64,000 nt of DNA from an uncultured Methanoregulaceae archaeon (GTDB lineage Archaea; Halobacteriota; Methanomicrobia; Methanomicrobiales; Methanospirillaceae). Below, piece after piece: positions 39,931 to 50,276 of the stretch (position 1 is its first letter; every line of letters starts with the position of its first letter). Below the pieces are notes generated by a model. It was not told the origin of the DNA. It ran no database searches and saw only the letters and a program-made list of their open reading frames with translations. The DNA lies in NCBI GenBank assembly GCA_963737635.1, contig CAVTTL010000001.1, forward strand, positions 2,016,001 through 2,080,000. Reading direction: 5' to 3'. The position numbers and the translations under genes were made by a program.

Positions 39931-41166
39931 CTACTTTTTCCCTCTGCTTTGTTTCTCGATCTGTTCGGCAAGGAGGGGGAAGAATGTCCCTGCATCGGAA
40001 ACAATCCCAATCGCCTGCGTTGTGCCCCGGTCCATCAGTTTTGTTACGGATGCGGGATTGATATCCACACACACGGTCTTGACACCGGATGGCAGACAGT
40101 TCCCAACCGCTATCGAGTGCAGGAGGGTTGCGACCATCAGGACCATTTTGCACCCGGGGACGTACTTGCGCATCTCATCCTGTGCCACCATGGTGTCCTG
40201 GATCACATCGGGCAGGGGGCCGTCATCCCTGATCGAACCTGCGAGTACGAACGGGACGTTGTGCTTAATGCACTCGTACATGATACCACCCGTGAGGACA
40301 CCCTGATCAACCGCATCTTTCAGGGAACCAACCCGCATAATCTCGCTGATCGCATAAATATGGTGGCGGTGCCCGCCCATAACCGGTTTTCCAGTCTTCA
40401 TGTCCATCCCCAGCGATGTGCCAAAGAGGTTGCACTCAACATCGTGGGTTGCAAGTGCGTTGCCGGCAAAAAGGACGTTAATATACCCTTTCCGGATCAT
40501 CTCTGCTACGGCTTTGTCCGCGCCGGTGTGGATGATCGCAGGACCTCCCACGAGAATGATCTTTCCCCCGGTCCGGTGAACCTCCAGCAGTTCTTTTGCG
40601 ATCTGGGCAATAAGGGCCTCACTGGGCCGTTCTGATGAAACGGTACCATGCATAAACTCAAATGTGCTGCTGGTACGGGGGCGGGCGGGATAGCTCACCA
40701 TCACGCCCTCTTCACCCACAACCACAAGGTCGCCTTTCCGGATCTTTCCAAGGGGGGTGCACCGGGCCTTCTTTTTCTCCGGATCGACAACAATCAGGAA
40801 ATCCATTTCGATGTCATCGACGGCGACCCATTCATCCGCAAGCCTGACCTGGGTCGGGTGATTGGTGGTGGTATAGAATTCCCGGGGGACATTCCGGTCG
40901 GCAGCTGCGGGGACGTAATGGACCGATTCCACGGGAGGCAGGCGGGCACCAAGCCGGTGGAGTTCCGAAAGGATGGACCGCAGCTTTTCCTTATCGTGGG
41001 CTATAATTTTCAGGCGGGCATAGCTGGGATCGGTCTTTTTCTTACCGACGTCAAAAACGAGGATCTCAAAATTCCCCCCCATATCCATAACCCGGTCGAA
41101 GAGCTGGGTCATAATACCCGAATCAATGATATGACCCTGCAGCTCGATCTCCTGTGACTCCACCAT
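39931..41166 (-). CDS. TIGR00300 family protein (LOR/SDH-related, ornithine cyclodeaminase-like)
   Basis: GHIIDSG, FYTTTNHPT, VSSERP, GNALATHD, AGSIRDDGPLP, TKLMDRG. Confidence 0.9.
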   Translation of the reverse strand: MVESQEIELQGHIIDSGIMTQLFDRVMDMGGNFEILVFDVGKKKTDPSYARLKIIAHDKEKLRSILSELHRLGARLPPVESVHYVPAAADRNVPREFYTTTNHPTQVRLADEWVAVDDIEMDFLIVVDPEKKKARCTPLGKIRKGDLVVVGEEGVMVSYPARPRTSSTFEFMHGTVSSERPSEALIAQIAKELLEVHRTGGKIILVGGPAIIHTGADKAVAEMIRKGYINVLFAGNALATHDVECNLFGTSLGMDMKTGKPVMGGHRHHIYAISEIMRVGSLKDAVDQGVLTGGIMYECIKHNVPFVLAGSIRDDGPLPDVIQDTMVAQDEMRKYVPGCKMVLMVATLLHSIAVGNCLPSGVKTVCVDINPASVTKLMDRGTTQAIGIVSDAGTFFPLLAEQIEKQSRGKK

Positions 41167-41284
41167 GATACCGATATATTAACCCCGCACCTTAATATTC
41201 ATTCGTACTAAATACGGCAGGATTTGCCTTTTTTCGGGTGTAACGGCACGGATTGGGGCCAGTTAATGTGGGAATATGATGATT

Positions 41285-41890
41285 TTACTGCACCTTTCGC
41301 TGTTTTCTGAGGAATCCTTCCGCTGCAATGAGATCGGCGCGGGTATTGACATTTATGGCAAGACGAGGATCGTCGAGGATCAGCTGGATCTCATCCTGAG
41401 GTCCGGTTATCCGGTCCCCTCGCAGGATGTTGAGGCCGGTTGGGCAGGCATCAACATCCCGGATTTTTGTACGATAGGTCGGGCCTCCCCGACAGGATGC
41501 AACAGTATTTGCAGGGACCCAGGTAGAACAGGCGTCCTTTCCTGATTTGGTATAAGCATCCTGAACCGTGGAAATGACATCGACGTCAATACAGGGGATA
41601 TCTGAAACGCTCACGAAAAGCGGCTGTTTCTCCTCGAGAGCCCGGACTGTTTCAACCATGTCCGGGATATAGTCTGCCCCTTCTGCATCGTATGTATCGA
41701 TACCGTTTGCCCGGCACCAGTTCCGGGTCATAGGTGTTTTGGGCGATGTTGCAACAATCACGGTGCACCCTGCCCCGGCAAAAGCGTCGATAATATAACG
41801 GATCATAGGCTGATCGTTGATAAGAAGGAGGGGTTTTTCCCCAAGATTCAGGCGACTTCCGGCCCCTCCTGCCATAATCAACGCACGCAT
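41285..41890 (-). CDS. cobY: NTP transferase, adenosylcobinamide-phosphate guanylyltransferase-like
   Basis: MAGGAGSRL...EKPLL, SDIP, NVNT; coupled to the CobD-like gene. Confidence 0.82.
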   Translation of the reverse strand: MRALIMAGGAGSRLNLGEKPLLLINDQPMIRYIIDAFAGAGCTVIVATSPKTPMTRNWCRANGIDTYDAEGADYIPDMVETVRALEEKQPLFVSVSDIPCIDVDVISTVQDAYTKSGKDACSTWVPANTVASCRGGPTYRTKIRDVDACPTGLNILRGDRITGPQDEIQLILDDPRLAINVNTRADLIAAEGFLRKQRKVQ

Positions 41891-42876
41891 GCGGATAATG
41901 CCTCCACGAGCAGGGTGTTTTCTTCGTGGGTCATTACAGCAACCCGGATACTGGATGCACGTCCGAACGATGCGCAATCACGCACCAGAATGCCGAGGTT
42001 TTCCAGCTGCGAACACAGCGTTTCTGCCTTGCGGCCACAGTCAACGAGCAGGTAATTAGCAGAAGAAGGACAACACCGCATACCCATATCTTCGATATGA
42101 TTTTGGAGGAACGCCCGTTCTTTCCTGATATAAGCTCGGGATTTTTCCAGCTCATCCATATGGTCGAATGCCTTAAGGGAGAACGCTTCTGCATACGCAT
42201 TCACGCTCCAAGGTGGGCGGGCAATCTCGATCTTCGCAATCAAATCCGGATCGCCAAAACCGTAGCCGAAACGAATGCCGGGCACAGCAAAACTCTTGGT
42301 AAGCGAACGCAAGACAAAAAGGGATTCCCCGCGCAGATCGACAAGGCTTTGGGAAGGGTCTGATAGTTCAATAAATGCTTCATCGGCAAAGAGAATACCG
42401 CCGTGTGACGATGCAGCCCGGAGGCGGTCTGTCATTTCAGGAACAGCGTGCAATTCGCCGGTCGGATTATTGGGATTACAGATAAAGGAAACAGTAGCAG
42501 CTTTTGGACTATCTGCCGGTGCTGCACCGGCGAGCCTGGCGGAGAGCTCGTATTCCCCGAATGTGGGTGTTTCCGTAAAGTATGTTTTTTTACCGGAGAG
42601 TACGACCGAACAGAAGACACGGATCAACTCAATGGAGCCGTTCCCCACACATATCTCTTCGGTGTCCCGGTGAAATACACGTGCGATACATTCTTTAAGC
42701 CGGTGGTATTCGTTATCGGGATACGACGAGACGCACTTAGGATCGCAGGTCCACCCGAACCGGGGTGGCAGAGGGTTGAGGCTCGCGCTGAAATCCAGCA
42801 GGTTTTTCCCTGTACTTTCCCGCTGTCGCTTTCCTGTACCTCCGTGAACTCCGGGACCCGGAAAATCAACAACCAT
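41878..42876 (-). CDS. cobD: PLP-dependent threonine-phosphate decarboxylase-like aminotransferase
   Basis: HGG, DFSASLNP, GNGSIE, CNPNNPTG, DEAF, RSLTKSFAVPGIRFGY. Confidence 0.82.
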   Translation of the reverse strand: MVVDFPGPGVHGGTGKRQRESTGKNLLDFSASLNPLPPRFGWTCDPKCVSSYPDNEYHRLKECIARVFHRDTEEICVGNGSIELIRVFCSVVLSGKKTYFTETPTFGEYELSARLAGAAPADSPKAATVSFICNPNNPTGELHAVPEMTDRLRAASSHGGILFADEAFIELSDPSQSLVDLRGESLFVLRSLTKSFAVPGIRFGYGFGDPDLIAKIEIARPPWSVNAYAEAFSLKAFDHMDELEKSRAYIRKERAFLQNHIEDMGMRCCPSSANYLLVDCGRKAETLCSQLENLGILVRDCASFGRASSIRVAVMTHEENTLLVEALSACVR

Positions 42877-42997
42877 CAAATTGCCTGTCTTTTGTCAGAA
42901 ACATTGGCTGGGAATTCATAAATGCGTTTGGAAAACGGGTCTGCCTCAAACGGAAAGATATTTATATCATAATGCTTCATTTTGGTATATCTGGTTA

Positions 42998-43063
42998 AGT
43001 CAGACACAAGAGTTCCCCTTGTCTGACATATGTATGACAAAAAGCAGACATATGTCAGAAATG
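42998..43063 (+). promoter_or_regulatory. Phased 11-bp repeats (core GTCWGACA) upstream of cdrS
   Basis: AGTCAGACACA, one skipped unit, TGTCTGACATA, TGTATGACAAA, AAGCAGACATA, TGTCAGAAATG. Confidence 0.6.
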
Positions 43064-43071
43064 GAGATACA

Positions 43072-43251
43072 ATGATGCAACGAATCACGCTCCGGTTACC
43101 CGAACAGCAGATAAGCCTGCTCCAGCAGATGGTGGATGCAGGCGAATATCCCAATGTTTCAGAAGCGGTCCGGGCCGCCGTGCGTGAGCTGGTTGAGAAA
43201 CGAGCCGGCCGTGTCTTAAAGGATAATGACCAGGTTTCATTCAAGGTTTGA
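43072..43251 (+). CDS. cdrS: Ribbon-helix-helix cell division regulator CdrS
   Basis: MQRITLRLP...[15 protein letters not shown]; directly upstream of ftsZ. Confidence 0.85.
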   Translation: MMQRITLRLPEQQISLLQQMVDAGEYPNVSEAVRAAVRELVEKRAGRVLKDNDQVSFKV

Positions 43252-43261
43252 GAGGGTAGAA

Positions 43262-44428
43262 ATGCAGAGCATAATTAACGATGCGTTAAAAAATGCCGAA
43301 CTTGAAAAAGAAGTAAACAAGTCCGGATCAAATGCACCGGATGAAGATTTCCTTGGGCAGCCAAGAATTGTGATCATCGGCTGCGGAGGTGGCGGGAACA
43401 ATACGGTAAACCGTATCCACCACATGGGTGTCTCCGGCGCGGAAACGATTGCGATCAACACGGACAAGCAACACCTGGACATGATCCAGGCCGACAAACG
43501 GGTCCTTATCGGGAAATCCCTGACCCGGGGGCTTGGTGCCGGCGGTTATCCCGATGTCGGTAAGCGTGCAGCCGAGATGGCCCGCCCGACTCTTGAGGCA
43601 CTACTCGAGTCTGCCGATCTCGTGTTTATCACTGCCGGTATGGGAGGAGGTACCGGTACCGGTTCAGCACCGGTCGTGGCCCAGGTTGCAAAGGAACAGG
43701 GCGCAATTGTCGTAGGTATGGTCAGCTACCCGTTCCAGGTCGAAAAGGCCCGGCTGATCCGTGCAGAAGAAGGTCTTGAGGCGCTTGCCGCTTCAGCCGA
43801 CTCAGTCATCGTCCTTGATAACAACCGTCTGAAGAACTTTGTTCCAAACCTCCCCCTTGGCCAGGCGTTCTCGGTTATGGACCAGCTTATTGGGGAAACG
43901 GTCAAGGGCATTTCGGAGACCATCACGGAACCCTCGCTTATCAATATTGATTATGCCGATGTCCGGGCGATTATGTCCAAGGGCGGCGTCGCCTCCATGC
44001 TTGTAGGAGAGAGCAAGCAACAGAACAAGGCAGAAAGTGTCGTCCGGGAGTGCTTAAGCAACCCGATGCTCGACATTGACTACCGCGGCGCAACCGGAAG
44101 CCTTATCCATATCACTGGAGGTACTGACCTCACCCTGCAGGACGCGGAAGAGGTCGCAACCTCGCTTACCTATGAACTTGATCCGCACGCGGATGTCATC
44201 TGGGGAGCCCGGGTCCGGTCCGATATGGAAGGCAAGATCCGTGTCCTCGCTATCATGACCGGTGTCAAGAGTGCGCAGATCCTTGGGACCCGCCAGTCTT
44301 ACAAGACGATGGTGCAGGAGATCGATGCAAAGAGATCCAGTCCCAAGCAGGTCGAGATGCCCCAAGCGCGGAAAGTCGCACCCCGCGACCAGACGAGCGG
44401 TGGCGGCGTCCTTGAATGGGTCGGTTGA
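43262..44428 (+). CDS. ftsZ: Cell division protein FtsZ (FtsZ2 type by cdrS linkage)
   Basis: [35 protein letters not shown]. Confidence 0.97.
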   Translation: MQSIINDALKNAELEKEVNKSGSNAPDEDFLGQPRIVIIGCGGGGNNTVNRIHHMGVSGAETIAINTDKQHLDMIQADKRVLIGKSLTRGLGAGGYPDVGKRAAEMARPTLEALLESADLVFITAGMGGGTGTGSAPVVAQVAKEQGAIVVGMVSYPFQVEKARLIRAEEGLEALAASADSVIVLDNNRLKNFVPNLPLGQAFSVMDQLIGETVKGISETITEPSLINIDYADVRAIMSKGGVASMLVGESKQQNKAESVVRECLSNPMLDIDYRGATGSLIHITGGTDLTLQDAEEVATSLTYELDPHADVIWGARVRSDMEGKIRVLAIMTGVKSAQILGTRQSYKTMVQEIDAKRSSPKQVEMPQARKVAPRDQTSGGGVLEWVG

Positions 44429-44466
44429 ACGTTCTCATAAAAATCAGATAAAATATATCACAAAAA

Positions 44467-44505
44467 CCGGGGGAAATGGCCTATGCCAGTCCCCCGGATT
44501 TTTTT
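44467..44505 (+). terminator. Hairpin plus T-tract after ftsZ
   Basis: CCGGGGGA...TGGC-CTAT-GCCA...TCCCCCGG followed by ATTTTTTT. Confidence 0.6.
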
Positions 44506-44619
44506 AAATCCTTGCTTAAAACGCTTTTTACCGGTGCAACCGGTTTTCTGCCGTACATCCCCGGCGAAACGCTTAAGAGGAGTCGCCGCCTTTAAAATAT
44601 AGTACATTCGACCAGATCA

Positions 44620-44898
44620 TCTGGGAGGGAGAATGGTGGACGATACCCGTTTCGCGCGGGTGTCATCCGTGTATCGGGAGTTGAACATCATGAATCGAGT
44701 GTCGAACAAAGGCTTCTCACGGAAGTCTTGCAAACATTCTAAGGAACGATCCTTTTCTGATGTTTTTTGCCCTGCATCAGGCATGCAGAGCGGTCACAGG
44801 CCGGACGCGCAGGTTTCGTGCGTGTCCCTGTTAGTTACTGCCTCTGGACTCTGTGTCTGCACATCCCTTACAGGAGACAGGATGAGGAGTGGTACCGC
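44620..44898 (+). other. Long structured 5' leader or candidate ncRNA
   Basis: TTTAAAATAT box at 44591; hairpins 44638-44668 and 44803-44827 with G-U pairs on the + strand and UUUCG loops. Confidence 0.4.
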
Positions 44899-45759
44899 AT
44901 GTTGAATGATTTAATGGAAAAACGCAAGAAGATCCTTGCCGAGTCTGAACTGCACAAGAACAAAAGAAACGAGCTCAATGCCGCAGCCAGTAAATCCGCG
45001 CGGGAGCGGAATACGCTCAATAACCAGACCCGGGAATTCGTGGAAGAGGCCCAGAAAAACAAGGATCTCAGGGACAAGTACAACCAGGAAGTTCTCGACC
45101 TGAAAGCACAGCGGAACGAGTTAAACGATAAGGCAAATGTGCTGTTCGAAGATATCGAGGCATTCAAAAAAGAGCACGGGTCGCTTAAGAACCGGGGAAT
45201 CAAGGAACTCCAGAAGCAGATTGAATACATGGAGTACCGACAGCAGACCGAAGTCTTTACTACCGATAAAGAGCGCGAACTGATCGAAAAGATCAAGCAG
45301 ATGAAAGGTCAGGTCCGGGAACAGGAGGCTGAGCTTGAGCAGAACAAAGAGATGCGGACAAAGATCTCCTCCGCCCGGGATTTTCGCAAGCTGGCATCCG
45401 ATCTTCATGCAAAAGTAACAGAACTTGCGGAACTTGCCCAGAAGCACCACGACCTGATGGTGGAATCCTATCGGAAGGCAGACAAGTCACGCGAATCGGC
45501 TGACGCATCCCACAAGAGCTTTGTGGAGGCACAGGAATCTGCCGACGCCGAGCACAAATCCTTTATTGCCAACCAGAAAGAACTGCGCGATTATGATAAG
45601 GTTATTTCCGGTCTGCGCAAGAAGACAAAGAAGGTCAAGGTAACAAAGGAACAGAAAGCAGTCCGGCAGGAAGCAGAGCACCTGTTCAAAAACTTCCGGG
45701 CCGGGGAAAAACTCACCACGGACGATATTCTCCTGCTCCAGCGTTCAAAACTCATATAA
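44899..45759 (+). CDS. Conserved archaeal coiled-coil protein (COG1340-like)
   Basis: All-helical heptads, EYRQQT...ERELIEKI, C-terminal GEKLTTDDILLLQ; GAGGAG RBS; linked to DUF373. Confidence 0.85.
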   Translation: MLNDLMEKRKKILAESELHKNKRNELNAAASKSARERNTLNNQTREFVEEAQKNKDLRDKYNQEVLDLKAQRNELNDKANVLFEDIEAFKKEHGSLKNRGIKELQKQIEYMEYRQQTEVFTTDKERELIEKIKQMKGQVREQEAELEQNKEMRTKISSARDFRKLASDLHAKVTELAELAQKHHDLMVESYRKADKSRESADASHKSFVEAQESADAEHKSFIANQKELRDYDKVISGLRKKTKKVKVTKEQKAVRQEAEHLFKNFRAGEKLTTDDILLLQRSKLI

Positions 45760-45833
45760 CCTTTTTATCAATTAATTCTTTTTTACCAGCCGCAGGTAAA
45801 AATTAATAGATTTACGGTGATTTTAATATACCA

Positions 45834-46967
45834 ATGACAGTAGATCGGACTCTCGTCCTGAGTGTTGATCGGGACGATGATATCGGGTGGAAGGCAAAGA
45901 TAGAAAGCCCAGTCGTCGGCAGGCAGGAGTGCCTGAAGGCTGCCGACCGGCTTGCCCTTGCCGACCCGGAAGATTCCGATGTGAATGCTATATTTTCAGC
46001 AGTCAAAATTTATGACGAGCTGATCGCAAAAGGGGAAGAAGCAGTTGTGGCAGTGATCGCCGGCAACCACCTTCATATGATTGAAGGCGACCGCAAGATT
46101 GCAGCAACCCTTGATGAAGTGATAAAAGAGACCAAACCTACGTCATGTATCCTTGTCTCCGACGGTGCTGAGGATGAATTTGTCGTGCCTATCATCCAGT
46201 CCCGCATTCCGGTGGCGAGCATTCGCCGGGTAATCGTCAACCAGATGCCCAATCTCGAAGGGACATATTATATCCTGAAAAAACTCCTCGATGACCCGAA
46301 AGTGTCGCGGGTGGTTTTTGTTCCTCTTGGCCTTGCGATGTTGTTGTACGCAAGTGCGTTTATCCTTGGATACCCGGGAACCGCAACGATTGTCGTGATT
46401 GGTGTCATCGGCATGTACCTGCTGTACAAGGGGTTCGGTCTCGACGAATTGATCCATGGGATTATCAATGCACTGCGGGCCTCCATGTCCCGGGGCAAGT
46501 TTTCCTTTGTCACGTATTCTACCACTATCGTCCTGACTGTGATAGGATTTACCATCGGCTTCTTTACCGTCCTGAATTATTATAGCGAAGACAATTCCTT
46601 AGGCATCCTCCTGTATGTCATGAGTTTCATCTACGGGGCGATTCTCTGGCTGATTATTGCCGGTCTTATTACAGCACTTGGAGTGATGATTGATGTATAT
46701 ATCAATGAGCGGGAGAACATGGCAAAAGTCATTGTCTTCCCATTCTTTGTAACCGCTATCGGACTCATCCTGTATGGTGCCAGCGCGTACATACTCGCGG
46801 TCAGCAGTGTCTCTGGATTTCCCATAAGTCCGGCATCTGCCGGGACCTATATCCTGTACTCGACGCTGTTCGGGCTTGTTTGTGCAATCGCCGGTGTATT
46901 TCTCCAGTATATTGTTGCGAAACGACAGGCAGAAGCACAAAAAGAAGCTATCATCGAGACAATCTGA
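45834..46967 (+). CDS. DUF373 family membrane protein
   Basis: VDRDDDIG, DPEDSDVNA, SDGAEDE, then TM helices. Confidence 0.9.
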   Translation: MTVDRTLVLSVDRDDDIGWKAKIESPVVGRQECLKAADRLALADPEDSDVNAIFSAVKIYDELIAKGEEAVVAVIAGNHLHMIEGDRKIAATLDEVIKETKPTSCILVSDGAEDEFVVPIIQSRIPVASIRRVIVNQMPNLEGTYYILKKLLDDPKVSRVVFVPLGLAMLLYASAFILGYPGTATIVVIGVIGMYLLYKGFGLDELIHGIINALRASMSRGKFSFVTYSTTIVLTVIGFTIGFFTVLNYYSEDNSLGILLYVMSFIYGAILWLIIAGLITALGVMIDVYINERENMAKVIVFPFFVTAIGLILYGASAYILAVSSVSGFPISPASAGTYILYSTLFGLVCAIAGVFLQYIVAKRQAEAQKEAIIETI

Positions 46968-47097
46968 TTCGGTATCATGTTTAACTGCTGATCGTTTTTT
47001 TGACTCAATTCCATTCTATTTTTACCTGAAATATACGTGGCCGAATGTTCTTGTAGGTATTGGCATCCTGTGCCCGAATATGTCTGGGATGCTGCGG

Positions 47098-47586
47098 TTA
47101 AGAATGTGATACTGTCGGTGTTGCATTTATTGTGACGGTCTCAAAATAACCCACGCCATCACTAAACACGTTGGTGTTGGCATAATTTTGCACGACCTGA
47201 GGCGTCGTTATCGTCAGTTTCGGAATGACAACGTTGAACTGGTGTGATGGGAACCAGAATATTCCATTTCCATAAGAATATGATGCCTGATCTACCACAA
47301 ATTCCGCATCAGAGAGGTTGACGTATTGCATCTGGGCATTGTTAAAATTGAGAATAGTTATCAATTTATTTTTAAGGTCCTGTTTTCCCAGCAAAAAAAA
47401 GATGATCCTTGTCCCTTCATCGACGGAATAATGCATATCAATAAGGGCTGTATCATTGTGCAACTGGATTTGGACGGATTCAAGGGTAATATAGCCATAC
47501 CGTTCATCATTGGTTGCTGCGGCTGCCGGTGCTATACAAAGCACGATCAGGAAAAGACTGATACATGCTATAGCACGTCTATTCAT
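47098..47586 (-). CDS. Secreted hypothetical protein
   Basis: Signal peptide MNRRAIACISLFLIVLCIAPAAAA. Confidence 0.65.
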   Translation of the reverse strand: MNRRAIACISLFLIVLCIAPAAAATNDERYGYITLESVQIQLHNDTALIDMHYSVDEGTRIIFFLLGKQDLKNKLITILNFNNAQMQYVNLSDAEFVVDQASYSYGNGIFWFPSHQFNVVIPKLTITTPQVVQNYANTNVFSDGVGYFETVTINATPTVSHS

Positions 47587-47679
47587 AGCACTATCAGTTT
47601 GAAGGCTGCAGTTAAATGGTTTACGATAATCGAGAGCTTCACTATGCATATTGCGGAGGAATAATAAGCCCTCTGAAAA

Positions 47680-47973
47680 TTATTTGTTTGATGAAAGGAT
47701 AATTTCGATACTCGAGACATTGGTCTTTCCGGTGTCGGTATCAATTACCTCTGTAGAGGTAATAACATCCTTTTTAGTAACACCGTCAAGAAACCGGTTT
47801 AATGCGATCTCCGCCGTATCAACTGCTCTTGAGATCGCCTTTCCCCGGGCCTTGATGGCAACCTCCCCAGCCCCATTGTTAAACTGGGTGACAACTGCGA
47901 GAACGTAGTTCATGACTGGTTTGTTCCCTACAAACACGGTATTTTCTTTCATTGGCTGTAGTGTGGTATCCAT
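47680..47973 (-). CDS. albA: DNA/RNA-binding protein Alba
   Basis: [30 protein letters not shown]; start may be 47952. Confidence 0.95.
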   Translation of the reverse strand: MDTTLQPMKENTVFVGNKPVMNYVLAVVTQFNNGAGEVAIKARGKAISRAVDTAEIALNRFLDGVTKKDVITSTEVIDTDTGKTNVSSIEIILSSNK

Positions 47974-47978
47974 AGAAA

Positions 47979-48995
47979 TCACAGATAGTTCTTCTTTGTA
48001 ATCAGTTCAGCATTCAGCACACTTGCACCTGCTGCGCCGCGGATAGTATTGTGTCCCATAGCCACGAACCGAAGTCCCTCCCGCAGACGCCCAACAGAGA
48101 CCGTCATCCCACGACCCCGCATGCGATCGAGCCGGGGTTGGGGGCGGTCATCTTCTAAAAACAGGTGCACGGATTCTGGTGGCTGGGTTGGCAGGCCCTT
48201 TATCGGAGGTTTGTAGTCTGCATAGGCTTTTTTTACCTTTTCGACTGGTTCTTTGATATCTACCCAGACCGCCATCGTATGCCCGTCAATGACCGGTACC
48301 CGGTGGCAGCTTGCGCTTACGTGGAACGGTGCATTTACCACTTTCTTTCCTTTGAGGGTACCCATGATCTTGAGGGTCTCAGTCTCCATCTTCTCTTCTT
48401 CCTTTCCGATGTAAGGAATGACATTGTCGTAAATAGACATTGCCGCCACACCGGCAAAACCGGCTCCCGATATTGCCTGCATCGTGGCGACCCGGATATC
48501 AGAGAAATCGAATTTGCGCAACGGTGCAAGCGCTGTAACAAGCATGATGGTGGAACAGTTTGGATTGGTCACGATAAAACCGTCCCTTCCGGCGTCCCGC
48601 TGGACATCGATCAACCCCAGGTGTTCTGGGTTGACCTCCGGTACCACAAGAGGAACATCGGATTCCATCCTGTGTGAACTTGCATTGCTGCAGACCGCGA
48701 TGCCTGCATCAGCAAACGTGTTCTCGACATCCATCGCAATTTCGGCAGGGAGCGCGGAGAAGACCAGATCCACATCCTTCATCGCCGAAGGGGCAATATT
48801 TGTGACCTTAAGTTTTGCGATCTTCTCCGGAAACGGCGTTTCAAGGCGCCAGTTTACTACTTTCCCATAGGGCTTTCCCGCACTGCGTTCCGAGGCCGCG
48901 AGCGTTGTCAGATTAAACCAGGGATGATCTGATAAGAGTTCGACAAATCGCTGACCAACCGCGCCCGTAGCACCGAGCACTCCAACATTGATCAT
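47979..48995 (-). CDS. asd: Aspartate-semialdehyde dehydrogenase
   Basis: [38 protein letters not shown]. Confidence 0.96.
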   Translation of the reverse strand: MINVGVLGATGAVGQRFVELLSDHPWFNLTTLAASERSAGKPYGKVVNWRLETPFPEKIAKLKVTNIAPSAMKDVDLVFSALPAEIAMDVENTFADAGIAVCSNASSHRMESDVPLVVPEVNPEHLGLIDVQRDAGRDGFIVTNPNCSTIMLVTALAPLRKFDFSDIRVATMQAISGAGFAGVAAMSIYDNVIPYIGKEEEKMETETLKIMGTLKGKKVVNAPFHVSASCHRVPVIDGHTMAVWVDIKEPVEKVKKAYADYKPPIKGLPTQPPESVHLFLEDDRPQPRLDRMRGRGMTVSVGRLREGLRFVAMGHNTIRGAAGASVLNAELITKKNYL

Positions 48996-49248
48996 AACTG
49001 ACAGGTCCTGTGATAGTTTGTTTTTCCCGTTTGAAATGATGGCGGGTTGTAAAATCCCATTTCACCTGCGATAATAAAAACATTGTTTTTTTCAGTTTAC
49101 CTTTCCGCTCCTTTCAGCACCCGCCAGTTTCTTGCCGTTCGCTCCGGGTGCGTATGAAATCAAGACAGAGGCAACGGTCTGATAACTATTTTCTTATCGG
49201 ACCGGTGAACCCTGCAAGGAGCTGAAAAAAGGAATTTTTTAAAGAGAA

Positions 49249-49422
49249 TTATTCCATATGGATTGCTTCAGACGGGCAGACATCTACACATGTCTGACAG
49301 TCTACGCACATATCCTTATCTACCTTGGCTTTTTCGTTTTCCATGGATATTGCAGATGCGGGGCATTCGCTCACGCACGTTTCACAACCGGTACATTTTG
49401 TGGTATCAACAACTGCCACCAA
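49249..49422 (-). CDS. 2[4Fe-4S] ferredoxin
   Basis: CTGCETCVSECP and CVDCQTCVDVCP; TTG start after GGAGTG. Confidence 0.92.
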   Translation of the reverse strand: MVAVVDTTKCTGCETCVSECPASAISMENEKAKVDKDMCVDCQTCVDVCPSEAIHME

Positions 49423-49501
49423 AAAGTTCACTCCATCGTAATAATGCGGTCAAAGACAAAAAATATGTTTCGATTCGAACAGTGATCGGGAAGAGGCAGG
49501 A

Positions 49502-50269
49502 TTATTTTTTTCGCAGGCCAAGCACGTCGTTCATGCCATAAATGCCCGGTTTTTTGCCCACAACCCAACGGGCAGCCCGGAGGGCGCCACTTGCAAATAC
49601 CGATCTGTCGTACGCCCTGTGAGAGAGTTCTATGGTCTCGAAATTTTTTGAAAACATGACCGTGTGATCCCCGACAATATCCCCTCCACGGATCACATGG
49701 ACACCGATCTCGTTGTCCCGTTCCATGAGGCCTTCCCGTCCATAGAGTTTCCTGCGGGCCCCTACCTCCTCTTCGAGGATCTGCAGAATGGTCTTTGCCG
49801 TGCCACTCGGGGCATCCTTCTTGTTCCGGTGGTGTGCTTCGATAACTTCAATATCGTAATCCCCGAGCAGTTTTCCTGCCTCCCGCACAAGCTGCCAGAA
49901 AATATTGACACCGACTGAAAAGTTGCTCGATATCACGGCAGGGACATTTCCATTAATGGCCGCTGCCATCGTTTCGCGCTGTTCCTGGGTAAACCCGGTC
50001 GTACCCACGATGAGTGCCACATGGTTTTTTGCCGCTGCTTTTACGGTCTCTACAGCCGCGTTTGCTATGGTAAAATCGATCAGGACATCGGGTTTTTCGC
50101 TTTTTAAAAGTGCTTCGATGTCCTGTACTGCCACAATATCAGCGCCGAAAAAACTGCCCGGGCGAAGATCTATCCCGCCGACAAGTTCAAGATCCGGTGC
50201 TTCTTTGACCATTCTCCCTAGGGTCTGGCCCATGCGGCCGGAGGCGCCGCAGATAACGACTTTAACCAT
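49502..50269 (-). CDS. dapB: 4-hydroxy-tetrahydrodipicolinate reductase
   Basis: GASGRMG, GTTG, EAHHRNKKDAPSGTA. Confidence 0.96.
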   Translation of the reverse strand: MVKVVICGASGRMGQTLGRMVKEAPDLELVGGIDLRPGSFFGADIVAVQDIEALLKSEKPDVLIDFTIANAAVETVKAAAKNHVALIVGTTGFTQEQRETMAAAINGNVPAVISSNFSVGVNIFWQLVREAGKLLGDYDIEVIEAHHRNKKDAPSGTAKTILQILEEEVGARRKLYGREGLMERDNEIGVHVIRGGDIVGDHTVMFSKNFETIELSHRAYDRSVFASGALRAARWVVGKKPGIYGMNDVLGLRKK

Positions 50270-50276
50270 ATCTGAT

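Noticed and set aside
44633-44905. 90-aa ORF in the leader, and the 44767 upstream extension of the coiled-coil ORF
   Set aside because: Composition is not protein-like, and a strong RBS sits before ATG 44899.
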